From an uncultured Methanosarcinales archaeon (GTDB lineage Archaea; Nanobdellota; Nanobdellia; Woesearchaeales; JAGLXL01), in assembly GCA_964472345.1 (NCBI GenBank), contig CAYYLB010000007.1, forward strand, positions 1 through 32,374: a stretch of 32,374 bases of DNA, read 5' to 3'. Below, in pieces: positions 9,507 through 17,892 of the stretch. How positions within the stretch are numbered: position 1 is the first letter of the stretch; each line of letters starts with the position of its first letter. The translations under genes and the position numbers were made by a program. The notes under the pieces were generated by a model. It made no database searches. It was not told the origin of the DNA and worked only from the letters and a program-made list of their open reading frames with translations.

Positions 9507-9551
9507 AAAGAAATCGAAACGTTTTTGAACCGCCGCAGCCAGCAGCGCTCC

Positions 9552-10262
9552 ATGCTCAAGGCCGACTTCCACACCCATGTCAAGGAAGACCCCCGCGACG
9601 AAATAGGCTACACGGCAAAGCAGCTCATCGCGCACGCGGCAAAGCTGCACTACGATGTGCTCGCCATCACCTGCCATGACTATGTGCTCTTCTCAAGCGA
9701 GCTTGCAGCATTTGCGCGGCAGCGCGGCATCCTGCTGATTCCCGGCGCGGAACGGACCATCGAGGGCAGGCATGTGCTGCTCTACAACGTGACGAACGAC
9801 GACCTGCGATTCCTCAGGACATTCAACGACCTGCGCATGCTCCGGCGGCGCAAGCAGGTCATCACCATAGCGCCCCACCCGTTCTTCCTGTTCGGCCAGT
9901 GCCTCGGTCCGCTGCTCGAGAAGCACATCAATCTGTTCGATGCGATCGAGTACTCCCATTACCACACGCATCTCGTGAATCGCAACCGCCGCGCAGAGAA
10001 GCTCGCGCGCAGATATCATAAGCCGCTCGTCGGGACATCCGACTGCCACCACCTCTGGCAGTTCAGCAGGACGCACTCGCTCATCAACAGCGCAAAAACG
10101 AAGGATGCGGTCCTCGCAGCCATAAAAGCCGGCAGCGTCCGGCATGTCTCTCCGCCGCTGCCGCTGGGCGCCTTCGCTGCGATTGCCGCGTGGATCGGCC
10201 TCACGCTGCTCAGGCGGAAGCTTGGGCTGATGCCGGTGAGGAGCCATGCGGTGCTTCCGTGA
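9552..10262 (+). CDS. PHP-domain metal-dependent phosphoesterase
   Basis: KADFHTH, ITCHD, GAE, GRHVL, APHPF and GTSDCH. Start moved to ATG 9552 because the track's extension runs through element C. Confidence 0.88.
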   Translation: MLKADFHTHVKEDPRDEIGYTAKQLIAHAAKLHYDVLAITCHDYVLFSSELAAFARQRGILLIPGAERTIEGRHVLLYNVTNDDLRFLRTFNDLRMLRRRKQVITIAPHPFFLFGQCLGPLLEKHINLFDAIEYSHYHTHLVNRNRRAEKLARRYHKPLVGTSDCHHLWQFSRTHSLINSAKTKDAVLAAIKAGSVRHVSPPLPLGAFAAIAAWIGLTLLRRKLGLMPVRSHAVLP

Positions 10263-10267
10263 TGCTC

Positions 10268-11473
10268 TCAGCGCTGGCACGTGTCCCGCTTCATGAACAG
10301 GTTCAGCGTCCAGTCATACGCCGTGCGGAGCTTGTTGGCCGTGCCGATGATCTTGAACAGGTAGACCGTGCGCATGAGCCACCACGCAAGGAAGCCGCGC
10401 ACCGGGATGCCTTTCACGACGCCGATGCCTTTCTTCCGCCCGAGGCTGAGCAGAATACCCTGAATCTGGTAGCGGAACGGCCTCAGCGGCCTGTTGAGAA
10501 TGCTGCGCTCGATGCTCTTCGCGATGTGCTTCCCTTCCTCGCTCGCGATCTGGGCGAGCATGGGCAGCCGCTCACCTCCGCGCCGCACGGACGCGCAGTC
10601 GCCGGCGGCGAAGACCTCGGGGTAGGAGGGAAGCTGCAGGAACTCGTTCACCGCGAAAAAGCCGCGCTCATCGGCAGCATTGGGTCGTGTCGCAACAGGA
10701 TTCGGCTGCACACCCGCAGTCCAGATGATGACATCGGCAGCGATGCGCTTTCCGCCATCCAGGATCACCGCCCGCTGCCCGACACGCGCAACCTCCGCAC
10801 GCAGCAGCAGCTCGATGCCCTGCCGCCGGAGCGCGCGCTCAACGTATGGCCTGAACTGCGGGAACTGCGGCAGGATGCTCCCGTCGCGGTGCAGCAGCAC
10901 GATGCGCACGCGGATCGAAGGATGCGCAATGCGCGCGGCGGCCTGGCGGGCGAATTCCGCAAGCTCGCAGGCAAGCTCAATCCCCGTCGCGCCCGCGCCG
11001 ATGAGCGCAACCGTCACGTCGCGCTGCGTGAGGCAGAGCGCATGCTCAACCGTGCCGATCACCTGCCTCTTGATCTCGACCGCATCCTGCAGGCTCTTCA
11101 GCGTCAGCGCATGCTCCGCCGCTCCGGGGACGCCGAAGAAGCTGCTCCGCGAGCCGGTGGCAAGCACAAGGAAGTCGTAGCGGATGGACTCATGCCGCGT
11201 CACCACGCGCCTCGTGCGCAGCTCAGCACGCAGCGCGACATCCTGCACGAAGCGGAAGTTCCTGGCCCGCAGGACGGCACGGATCGGCTCGATCAGGTTA
11301 TGGCCGCACAGGCCGCCGCCCGCGACCTCGTGGAGCATAGGGACAAACAGAAAGTAGTTGCTCGGATTGATGAGCGTGACGGTGACACCCGACGAATGAG
11401 GGAACCGCTTCAGCAGCCGCCGCGCCGCGTAGATGCCCGCAAACCCGCCGCCGATGATGACTATGGTTTTCAT
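10268..11473 (-). CDS. FAD-dependent oxidoreductase, type II NADH dehydrogenase family
   Basis: IIGGGFAG, PMLHEVAGG, YDFLVLATGS, GAGATGIELA, IWTAG and VFAAGDCA. Confidence 0.9.
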   Translation of the reverse strand: MKTIVIIGGGFAGIYAARRLLKRFPHSSGVTVTLINPSNYFLFVPMLHEVAGGGLCGHNLIEPIRAVLRARNFRFVQDVALRAELRTRRVVTRHESIRYDFLVLATGSRSSFFGVPGAAEHALTLKSLQDAVEIKRQVIGTVEHALCLTQRDVTVALIGAGATGIELACELAEFARQAAARIAHPSIRVRIVLLHRDGSILPQFPQFRPYVERALRRQGIELLLRAEVARVGQRAVILDGGKRIAADVIIWTAGVQPNPVATRPNAADERGFFAVNEFLQLPSYPEVFAAGDCASVRRGGERLPMLAQIASEEGKHIAKSIERSILNRPLRPFRYQIQGILLSLGRKKGIGVVKGIPVRGFLAWWLMRTVYLFKIIGTANKLRTAYDWTLNLFMKRDTCQR

Positions 11474-11487
11474 TGGATTGCAGATGC

Positions 11488-12144
11488 TCAAGACGATTGC
11501 TTTTGCGCCAGAAACACATCCTGATAGTAATCACACCACTTCCTTACCGGACACGCGCCGCAGCGCGGATTCCTCGGCAAACAGATGGTCTGCCCGTGCG
11601 TGACAAAAAGCTCGTTGATCTCAAGCCAGTGCCTTTTCGGAACGGTCCGGAGCAGCGCCTGCTCGGTCTCCTCCGGGGTTTTCGTTTTCACGAGGCCGAT
11701 GCGGTTGGAAATGCGGTGCACGTGCACGTCCACGGGAATCGCAGGCTTGCGAAAGGCATAGCACAAAACGCAGTTCGCCGTCTTCCTGCCGACGCCCGGC
11801 AAGGCGAGCAGCTTGTCCATCTCTGCAGGAACGCGGCCGTGATACCGCTCGTTGATGAGCGCGCTCAGCTTTTTGATGTTCCTCGCCTTCGTGCGGTAGA
11901 AGCCGATCCCGTAGAGGAGCTTCTCGAGCTTTCTGACCGGGAGGGTGATGAAATCGTCAGGCGTCCTGTAGTTCCTGAAGAGTTCGCGGGCGATGGGGAG
12001 CGTCGTGCTGTCCTTCGTCCGCGCGCTCATCACCGTTGACACGAGGATCTGGAATGGTGTGTATTGTGTGCGGAACTCCTCGAGCATCGTAACCCCCCGG
12101 CGCCTGCGGAGCGCTGCGAGAATCCGTGAGATGGGCTTGGCCAT
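11488..12144 (-). CDS. nth: Endonuclease III (HhH-GPD, 4Fe-4S)
   Basis: LPGVGRKTAN, VDVHVHRISNR and CX6CX2CX5C. The start is 12144 or 12171. Confidence 0.93.
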   Translation of the reverse strand: MAKPISRILAALRRRRGVTMLEEFRTQYTPFQILVSTVMSARTKDSTTLPIARELFRNYRTPDDFITLPVRKLEKLLYGIGFYRTKARNIKKLSALINERYHGRVPAEMDKLLALPGVGRKTANCVLCYAFRKPAIPVDVHVHRISNRIGLVKTKTPEETEQALLRTVPKRHWLEINELFVTHGQTICLPRNPRCGACPVRKWCDYYQDVFLAQKQSS

Positions 12145-12369
12145 GCGGCCGTGGATGCCCGGCAGGTTCATAAGCGTTGTGCTTTAGTTTTGTTTATCAT
12201 TGAAAGAAAATCCCGATTCCGCAAAATAATAGCAAATCTCCTTCATGATTGAACATTTGGGAGATTTGCCAGTATAGTAAATCGCAGCGAAAAAGTTCAG
12301 ATACCATTGCGATTTACTATAAGCCTGACTCACAAAGATAAAGATGAACTGTAAAGTTAGCGACACCTA

Positions 12370-12413
12370 TAGTAAATGACAAAAGCTTTTATACAAATAG
12401 TTGTCATTTACTA
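12370..12413. promoter_or_regulatory. Inverted pair of operator-like sites flanking a TATA box
   Basis: tagtaaatgacaa (12370-12382) / ttgtcatttacta (12401-12413) is a perfect 13-bp IR around ttttata at 12387-12393. Confidence 0.55.
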
Positions 12414-12524
12414 ATAAGCCAATGACCGATTTGTATGATTATTTCTGTCATTGGCTATATTTGGGCGCAAAAAGGTCAATCGGGCACCGACACCTTTAAA
12501 AACTTCAGGTTCCTAACCCTTTTC

Positions 12525-12680
12525 ATGAAGATCATCAAACACTACAAAAATAGAAGTATTAAAGATATAGCGGAAACTCTTGGAATATCTTCAAGCGCCG
12601 CAACCCAGTTTGTAGACGGTCTCGTGCGAAGTGGCTATATGACATGGCAATACCCTCATATTCTCCTTGGGGGGGGTTAA
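12525..12680 (+). pseudogene. Fragment of a MarR-family regulator (HTH only)
   Basis: SIKDIAETLGISSSAATQFVDGLVRSGY resembles the MarR HTH, but the wing and dimerisation helices are absent. Confidence 0.6.
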
Positions 12681-13721
12681 ATGGTGGAGCAACCGGATGC
12701 TAATCAACAGCAGGAAATCAAAACTCAGGCAGGCAAACTTCTCGCTTTAATAGCTGGGTATTCTGGATTCAGGACCATAGATATCGGCATCAGAACAGGA
12801 CTCATCGACCAGCTAGCCAAGCACCCGAACGGCATATCAACCAAGCAACTGGCAGCAGCAGCTCGTCTAGACCCATTTTACGTAGAGGTCTGGTGCCGTT
12901 CTGCATACGGGGCGGAGGTGCTAGATTTTGATCAGAATGGAGTCTATAGATTATCATCTCAGATGCAAATGCTTCTTTTGGACGCGGATTCGCCTTTTTA
13001 TACCGGTGGAGTTTTTACAGTCCTGTCCCAGCCGGAGGTGTTTGAGCAATTCCATAAAAATTTTGCATCAGGTGAGCGCACGTGGTGGGACAAATGCAGT
13101 CAGGAATTCATCAAAGGTGTGGGCAATACAGGAAAGGCCTTTAACAATAGATTGATTCCAGGCGGTCTTAACAAGGTTCCAGGACTAGCAGAAAGGCTTA
13201 GCGTCGGGGCGAATGTCCTTGAACTTGCATGCGGTACAGGCAATGCCATGGCAAAGTTCATGAAAAACTATCTACATACAACATTGAGCGGACTTGATGG
13301 CGATGAGTTTTCCCTGAAGCTTGCAGCGGAACACCTTAAAGGGGTAGGCCTTGATAGCAAGGTAAGTCTGATTCACAGCACGTTAGAGGATTTCAATTCG
13401 GAAAATGAGTTTGATTTGATTACGATCAATATATCCATGCATGAGTGTAGGGATATCGAAAAGGTTACGTCGAATGTCTACAAAGCTCTAAAACCGGGAG
13501 GCTATTTCGTTATCTCTGATTTCCCATTCCCCGAAACGCCAGAAGGCTTGCGGAGCACTCCTGGGAGAATTATGGGGGGTATCCAGTTCTTTGAAGCTCT
13601 TATCGGGGACCAACTTCTTCCAACGCGAACATTTACAGATCTGCTTGGCAGGCACAATTTCAAAAATGTGGGCTCTTTTGATTTAACGCCTGTGCATGTG
13701 ATTATTCACGGGCAGAAGTAG
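12681..13721 (+). CDS. Class I SAM-dependent methyltransferase with N-terminal winged-helix/dimerisation domain (Rv2258c-like)
   Basis: VLELACGTG, GLDGD and YKALKPGGYFVISD. More AT-rich than the flanking core genes. Confidence 0.88.
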   Translation: MVEQPDANQQQEIKTQAGKLLALIAGYSGFRTIDIGIRTGLIDQLAKHPNGISTKQLAAAARLDPFYVEVWCRSAYGAEVLDFDQNGVYRLSSQMQMLLLDADSPFYTGGVFTVLSQPEVFEQFHKNFASGERTWWDKCSQEFIKGVGNTGKAFNNRLIPGGLNKVPGLAERLSVGANVLELACGTGNAMAKFMKNYLHTTLSGLDGDEFSLKLAAEHLKGVGLDSKVSLIHSTLEDFNSENEFDLITINISMHECRDIEKVTSNVYKALKPGGYFVISDFPFPETPEGLRSTPGRIMGGIQFFEALIGDQLLPTRTFTDLLGRHNFKNVGSFDLTPVHVIIHGQK

Positions 13722-13911
13722 TACACTAGAAGATGCTCTCGAGTCGCCGCGGCCACGTTGTAAACTTGCGCGCTTGGCACCACCAGTCCGAGACTGGTTG
13801 TATTCGTTTTTAGGTGACGTTTACTTTACAGCTCAGATAAAGATAAGATTTAAGAAGCGGGAAGATCCCGCAGCGCATCGTCTTTCATCGTCAAGGTGAG
13901 GGGGTGTAACC

Positions 13912-14025
13912 ATGAAATACCAATGCACCATGTGCGGGAGCGTTGAGGAAGCCATGCCCGGCGAGCAGCCGTCGTGCTGCGGCAAGCCCTGCAAGCCGAT
14001 GGATGCGCCGAAGAAAAAGAAGTAA
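13912..14025 (+). CDS. 37-aa desulforedoxin-like Cys-rich metal-binding microprotein
   Basis: Not in the ORF track. Translates as MKYQCTMCGSVEEAMPGEQPSCCGKPCKPMDAPKKKK* (CxxC...CCG). RBS GAGGGGGTG upstream and a T-rich tract downstream. Confidence 0.75.
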   Translation: MKYQCTMCGSVEEAMPGEQPSCCGKPCKPMDAPKKKK

Positions 14026-14066
14026 CTCTTTCACTTTTTCTTTCTTTATTTTTCTTTACGCCGCTG

Positions 14067-14099
14067 CCAATGATACAGGAACTGCTGCGCATAGACTGC
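14067..14099. repeat. Duplicated 3' segment of the ogg gene (att-like, left copy)
   Basis: 31/33 identical to 15569-15601, with a 24-bp identical core tgatacaggaactgctgcgcatag. Confidence 0.85.
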
Positions 14100-14214
14100 G
14101 TTAGTTTCAATTTTTTCTTCACTTAAAATCGCTTCTTCCCCCATCCATAAATTTATCATTAATGCTTCTGTTAATCAAAAACTTTATAACAATATCAAAT
14201 AACAGTTAACTTTA

Positions 14215-14733
14215 ATGAACAAAATAATCAATCCAGCAAATTTGATTACCTTTGTAAGATTACTTCTCGGTATTCCTATCATTTATTTTCTATTAAATAA
14301 TAAAACAATAATTTCAATTATTCTTTATCTTATTGTTTTAACTCTTGATTTCTTTGATGGTTTTGTGGCAAGAAAATTAAAATGCGAAACTGTATTCGGC
14401 AAGAATTTTGACTTTATCGCTGATGGATTGGTTGGTGGAGCTATTGTTATTGTACTCTTACTCCAAAATAAGATTCCATTGACTTACGTCTATTTATTCA
14501 TTCCTCCATTGATCATGCTAGGTGTTACTGTTTTATGGGGTTTAAAATTATCAAAAAATACATTTGTCCCATCAAAATGGAGAAAATTAAATGGAGCAAC
14601 ACTTTTTCTAACAGTATCACTCTTTATGATAAATAAACAACCAACAATAATTCTTGCCTACATCATTTTAATTTATATCTATATCTCCAGAGTTAAACAT
14701 CTAATTGAAATCGTCAAAGTATCAAAAAGTTAA
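14215..14733 (+). CDS. CDP-alcohol phosphatidyltransferase family protein
   Basis: ANLITFVR and DFFDGFVARK...FGKNFDFIAD signature. Strongly AT-rich. Confidence 0.9.
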   Translation: MNKIINPANLITFVRLLLGIPIIYFLLNNKTIISIILYLIVLTLDFFDGFVARKLKCETVFGKNFDFIADGLVGGAIVIVLLLQNKIPLTYVYLFIPPLIMLGVTVLWGLKLSKNTFVPSKWRKLNGATLFLTVSLFMINKQPTIILAYIILIYIYISRVKHLIEIVKVSKS

Positions 14734-14883
14734 TTGTTATTTTTCTAAGTACACTCCAGCATTAATGTTTATTGCCAGTGAAGAAAAAACTCTTCGTCAC
14801 TACGTTCCTTGTCCTCCCCACTCCGCTCGGAGACTTAATTAACGATAATTTTAGTCCTCGCTCGTAGGTCGGAGAAACTAAAA

Positions 14884-15072
14884 GGAATTTTATGGTTCCG
14901 CAATTTTGAGCCTCTCCTCTAAAGGGCAAAACCCCCTCAAAATTGCTCACCCAAATTCGATTTTTCCAGCCCTGATTTCAGCTCTATCGGATTTTCCAGC
15001 TCTGTTCGCTTCACTCACGATGGAAAATCCTCACGAGGAAATCGAGGGAAAAATCGAACCTCGTGAAATTCC
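14884..15072. repeat. Multi-hairpin inverted-repeat element (possible MITE/REP-like)
   Basis: Stems gcaattttgag 14900-14910/14936-14946, ttcgatttttcc 14956-14967/15047-15058 and ggattttcca/tggaaaatcc. Imperfect outer IR 14884-14897/15057-15072. Confidence 0.55.
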
Positions 15073-15077
15073 ATACA

Positions 15078-15308
15078 TTACTGGTACTGCGCGAATTCTT
15101 CCTCGTCAACCTTTGCGAGTTCCAGAACGCCTTTGAGTGTCCCTATCTTCAACTCGTGATGATTCGGGACAACGGTGCCGATGGTTCCTTCCGGTGTTTC
15201 TTTCTTGAGGATGATATGGCTGCCCTTCTGCCTGGCTACGGAGAACCCGAATCTGTTACAGAGAATCTTAACGCACTCTCTGCCAGAAATATTCTTAAGC
15301 TTCGACAC
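15078..15308 (-). CDS. hicA: HicA-family toxin
   Basis: From GTG 15308: GF...RQKGSHIIL...VVPNHHELKIGTLKGVL. Overlaps hicB. Confidence 0.9.
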   Translation of the reverse strand: MSKLKNISGRECVKILCNRFGFSVARQKGSHIILKKETPEGTIGTVVPNHHELKIGTLKGVLELAKVDEEEFAQYQ

Positions 15309-15507
15309 GCTCAGAAACCTCGAACGTCGTGAGGATGGGATGCGGCTTCTCCTTGAGGGGAAACTCTTCCAAGTACAGCTCTGTTGCTTCTTTGAGGTTT
15401 GCGAGCGCTTCTTCAATCGTTTTGCCCTGGCTTACGGTGCCAACCTCGGGGCATTTCGCTACATGCATATCTTCTTCTTTTTGGACGATTGCGGTGAATG
15501 CTTTCAT
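15295..15507 (-). CDS. hicB: HicB-family antitoxin (short form)
   Basis: VAKCPEVGTVSQGKTIEEALANLKEATELYLE. Confidence 0.9.
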   Translation of the reverse strand: MKAFTAIVQKEEDMHVAKCPEVGTVSQGKTIEEALANLKEATELYLEEFPLKEKPHPILTTFEVSERVEA

Positions 15508-15550
15508 ACGTTGTTCAAAGGGCCGGAAGTATTTAAAGATTATGTGCCTT

Positions 15551-16342
15551 TTATTTCTCGTGTCTTATCCAGTGATACAGGAACTGCTGCGCATAGCCTG
15601 CATAGGGTGCGAAATGCCGCTGCGCAAATGCCGTCAGCTCGCGATGCGTCGCCTTCGGCTTCCTGAGGTAGTGCTCCCGCAGCGCGCGCTCCGTCCAGGT
15701 GTCGATGGGGAAGGCGTTGAGCTTCTCAAGGGAGAAGAGCAGGATGCAGTCTGCCACCTTCGGGCCGATGCCGGGCAGCTCCATCAGCGCAGCCTTTGCG
15801 TCTTCGTATGCCAGCCGCATGAGCTTGCGGAAAAACGCTTTCGTCACGGTGGTGTTGACTGCATGGATGTACTCCGCACGGAAGCCGGTGCCGCACTTCT
15901 TCAGCCTGGCGAGCGAATCGATCTCGCCGATCCTGGGGAAGAGGAAGAAGCCGCCCTTCTCGCGGCCGAACGTCTTCGCGATCATGCCAATATCACGTTT
16001 GATCCGCGGAATATTCGTTGCGCTTGAGCAGAGGAATGAAACCGTGCACTCCCACGGTTCCTGGCGGAGGAGGCGGAGGCCGTGGTACTGCTGCAGCGCC
16101 ATTTGGAGCGTCGTGTCGCTGCGCAGACGGCTGATGATGCTGGTGTAAGGGTCGCCGAGCCGGAAGAAGCGGGCAAGCCGGCCTTGGGTGATGCCGTCGA
16201 AATGCAGCTGCCTGCCGTCCGTGCGCACAAAAAACGCGTCTCTGCCGTGCAGGATCCGGTAGCCATCGCCTTCCTGACGGTAGCGGAAAAGCTGGCCGCT
16301 GTCAAGGGTATGCTGCAGATTGACGGGGGTAGTGAGGCGCAT
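15551..16342 (-). CDS. 8-oxoguanine DNA glycosylase (OGG1-like, HhH-GPD)
   Basis: TLDSGQLFRY, GLRLLRQEPWE, NIPRIK, LPGIGPKVADCILLF, FPIDTW and AGYAQQFLY. Confidence 0.9.
   Translation of the reverse strand: MRLTTPVNLQHTLDSGQLFRYRQEGDGYRILHGRDAFFVRTDGRQLHFDGITQGRLARFFRLGDPYTSIISRLRSDTTLQMALQQYHGLRLLRQEPWECTVSFLCSSATNIPRIKRDIGMIAKTFGREKGGFFLFPRIGEIDSLARLKKCGTGFRAEYIHAVNTTVTKAFFRKLMRLAYEDAKAALMELPGIGPKVADCILLFSLEKLNAFPIDTWTERALREHYLRKPKATHRELTAFAQRHFAPYAGYAQQFLYHWIRHEK
15569..15601. repeat. att-like repeat, right copy, within the ogg 3' end
   Basis: Matches 14067-14099 at 31/33 positions. Confidence 0.85.
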
Positions 16343-16414
16343 GCTTCGGTCACGGATGATGATCGGCGGAACGCAGCGGGGTTTCCGCAACAACCGTCAA
16401 ATCCCACCGACACC

Positions 16415-16422
16415 TTTATAAA
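16415..16422 (+). promoter_or_regulatory. TATA box of rps6e (leaderless spacing)
   Basis: TTTATAAA ends 22 nt before ATG 16445. It is preceded by accgacacc, which also precedes tttaaaaa near 12495. Confidence 0.7.
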
Positions 16423-16444
16423 TTCGCTGGGCTGCGGGCGCGCC

Positions 16445-16915
16445 ATGGCGGACTTCAAGCTGACCATCAGCAACCCAAAGACCGGAAAATCCTGCAAGCG
16501 TGACGTGACGGGAAAGGAAGCCGACAACCTGCTCGGAAAGGACATCGGCGAATCGGTTTCCGGCGACCTGATAGGCTTTCCCGGGTACGAATTTTCCATC
16601 ACGGGCGGAAGCGACCTTGCAGGCTTCCCCATGCGGCGCGGCATCCAGGGCTTCGCGCGCAAACGCATCACCATGTATGAGGGCGTCGGCTTTTCAGGCC
16701 TGAGCCGCAAGGGCAGGCGGCAGCAGGGGCTGCGCCGCAAGCGCACCGTCGTGGGCAAAAAGGTCAGCCCCAAGATTACGCAAGTCAACCTCAAGATCAC
16801 GAAGGAAGGCTCCACCGACCTGTTCGCGGAGAAGAGGGAAGAGGCTCCACCTGCTGAGGCGGCAAAAGAGGCAGCGACGCAGAAACAAGAAACGCCGGCT
16901 GGGGCGCAGGCGTGA
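16445..16915 (+). CDS. rps6e: 30S ribosomal protein S6e (eS6)
   Basis: MADFKLTISNPKTGKS, ITGGSDLAGFPMR, GLRRKRTVVG and ITQVNLKI. Confidence 0.96.
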   Translation: MADFKLTISNPKTGKSCKRDVTGKEADNLLGKDIGESVSGDLIGFPGYEFSITGGSDLAGFPMRRGIQGFARKRITMYEGVGFSGLSRKGRRQQGLRRKRTVVGKKVSPKITQVNLKITKEGSTDLFAEKREEAPPAEAAKEAATQKQETPAGAQA

Positions 16916-17790
16916 ATATCAACTATTTTTCCGAGCTTGGCCAGAGCTGGAAGCTGCTGCGGAAGAATCCGGTGCTGTTCCTTCCTCTGCTCATCGGCGC
17001 TGCCGTCATAACATTTCTCTTCAGCCTGGCTGCCATCATTCTCATGGTTGCTTTTTTAGTGTCCCTCTCTGATTTTGTTTCTGTGATAGGCGGCGATTCA
17101 TCCGGCATCGGCCGCTTCATGGCATTGCCCGGTTTCGTCGCAACACTCGTTGCGCTTTTTGTTCTTCTGGTGCCCCTCCTTTTATTCATCAATGTCTTCG
17201 TCCGCGCGATGGAGCTCGGCATGCGCAAGGAAGCCTGCCTCACGGGCAAGACATCTGCCGCAACGATGATGGCTTCCGGCAGAAAGTATTTCTGGCCGCT
17301 CCTGAAATTCCAGCTGTTTTCGTTCTTCATCCTCATCCTGCTGCCGGCTGCGCTGCTTGCCATTCCTGCAATCGCAGGCTTGCTGCTGGAGCTTCGCATT
17401 TTTGCGATTGTCTACGGGGTGATCATATCCTTTGTTTTCCTCGCCTATCTCCTCTTCGTTCTCTTTGGCTTGTATTTTGCACCGGTGATGATCACTCTTG
17501 GCGAGCGGCAGGCGATTCCGCTGGTGAGGCGCAGCTTTTCCTATTCGATGAAGAACCCGGCGCACGTGCTTGGGACGTTCGGCGTCACGGCGCTCGTTTC
17601 TTTTGGGATGGTGATCCTCTTCCTTCTGCTGCTTCCGTTATTTATCATGCTGGCGCTCATCCCATTAGGTTCCATCATCTCCGGCATCCTGCGGTGGGCC
17701 ATCCAAGTCGTTCTGAGCGTCTTCCTGAGCCTGTACATCTTCAAGTCCTATTTCGCCGCCAACCCGGCCCATGGAAAGGGAAAGCGGTAA
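16912..17790 (+). CDS. Hypothetical multi-pass membrane protein
   Basis: About six hydrophobic segments. GTGA overlap with the rps6e stop. Confidence 0.8.
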   Translation: MNINYFSELGQSWKLLRKNPVLFLPLLIGAAVITFLFSLAAIILMVAFLVSLSDFVSVIGGDSSGIGRFMALPGFVATLVALFVLLVPLLLFINVFVRAMELGMRKEACLTGKTSAATMMASGRKYFWPLLKFQLFSFFILILLPAALLAIPAIAGLLLELRIFAIVYGVIISFVFLAYLLFVLFGLYFAPVMITLGERQAIPLVRRSFSYSMKNPAHVLGTFGVTALVSFGMVILFLLLLPLFIMLALIPLGSIISGILRWAIQVVLSVFLSLYIFKSYFAANPAHGKGKR

Positions 17791-17892
17791 GGCATTTTGA
17801 AGCTGAGGCATTCCTGGCCGATGGTGGGCTGGGGCTTAGGCTCCTGCCTGTATCCCAAAACATATTTATAAGACAGCATTCTCACTCAACCG

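Noticed and set aside
9270..9551. 94-aa N-terminal extension of the PHP protein
   Set aside because: It runs through MITE C. The PHP motif starts right after ATG 9552, which has its own TATA-like sequence.
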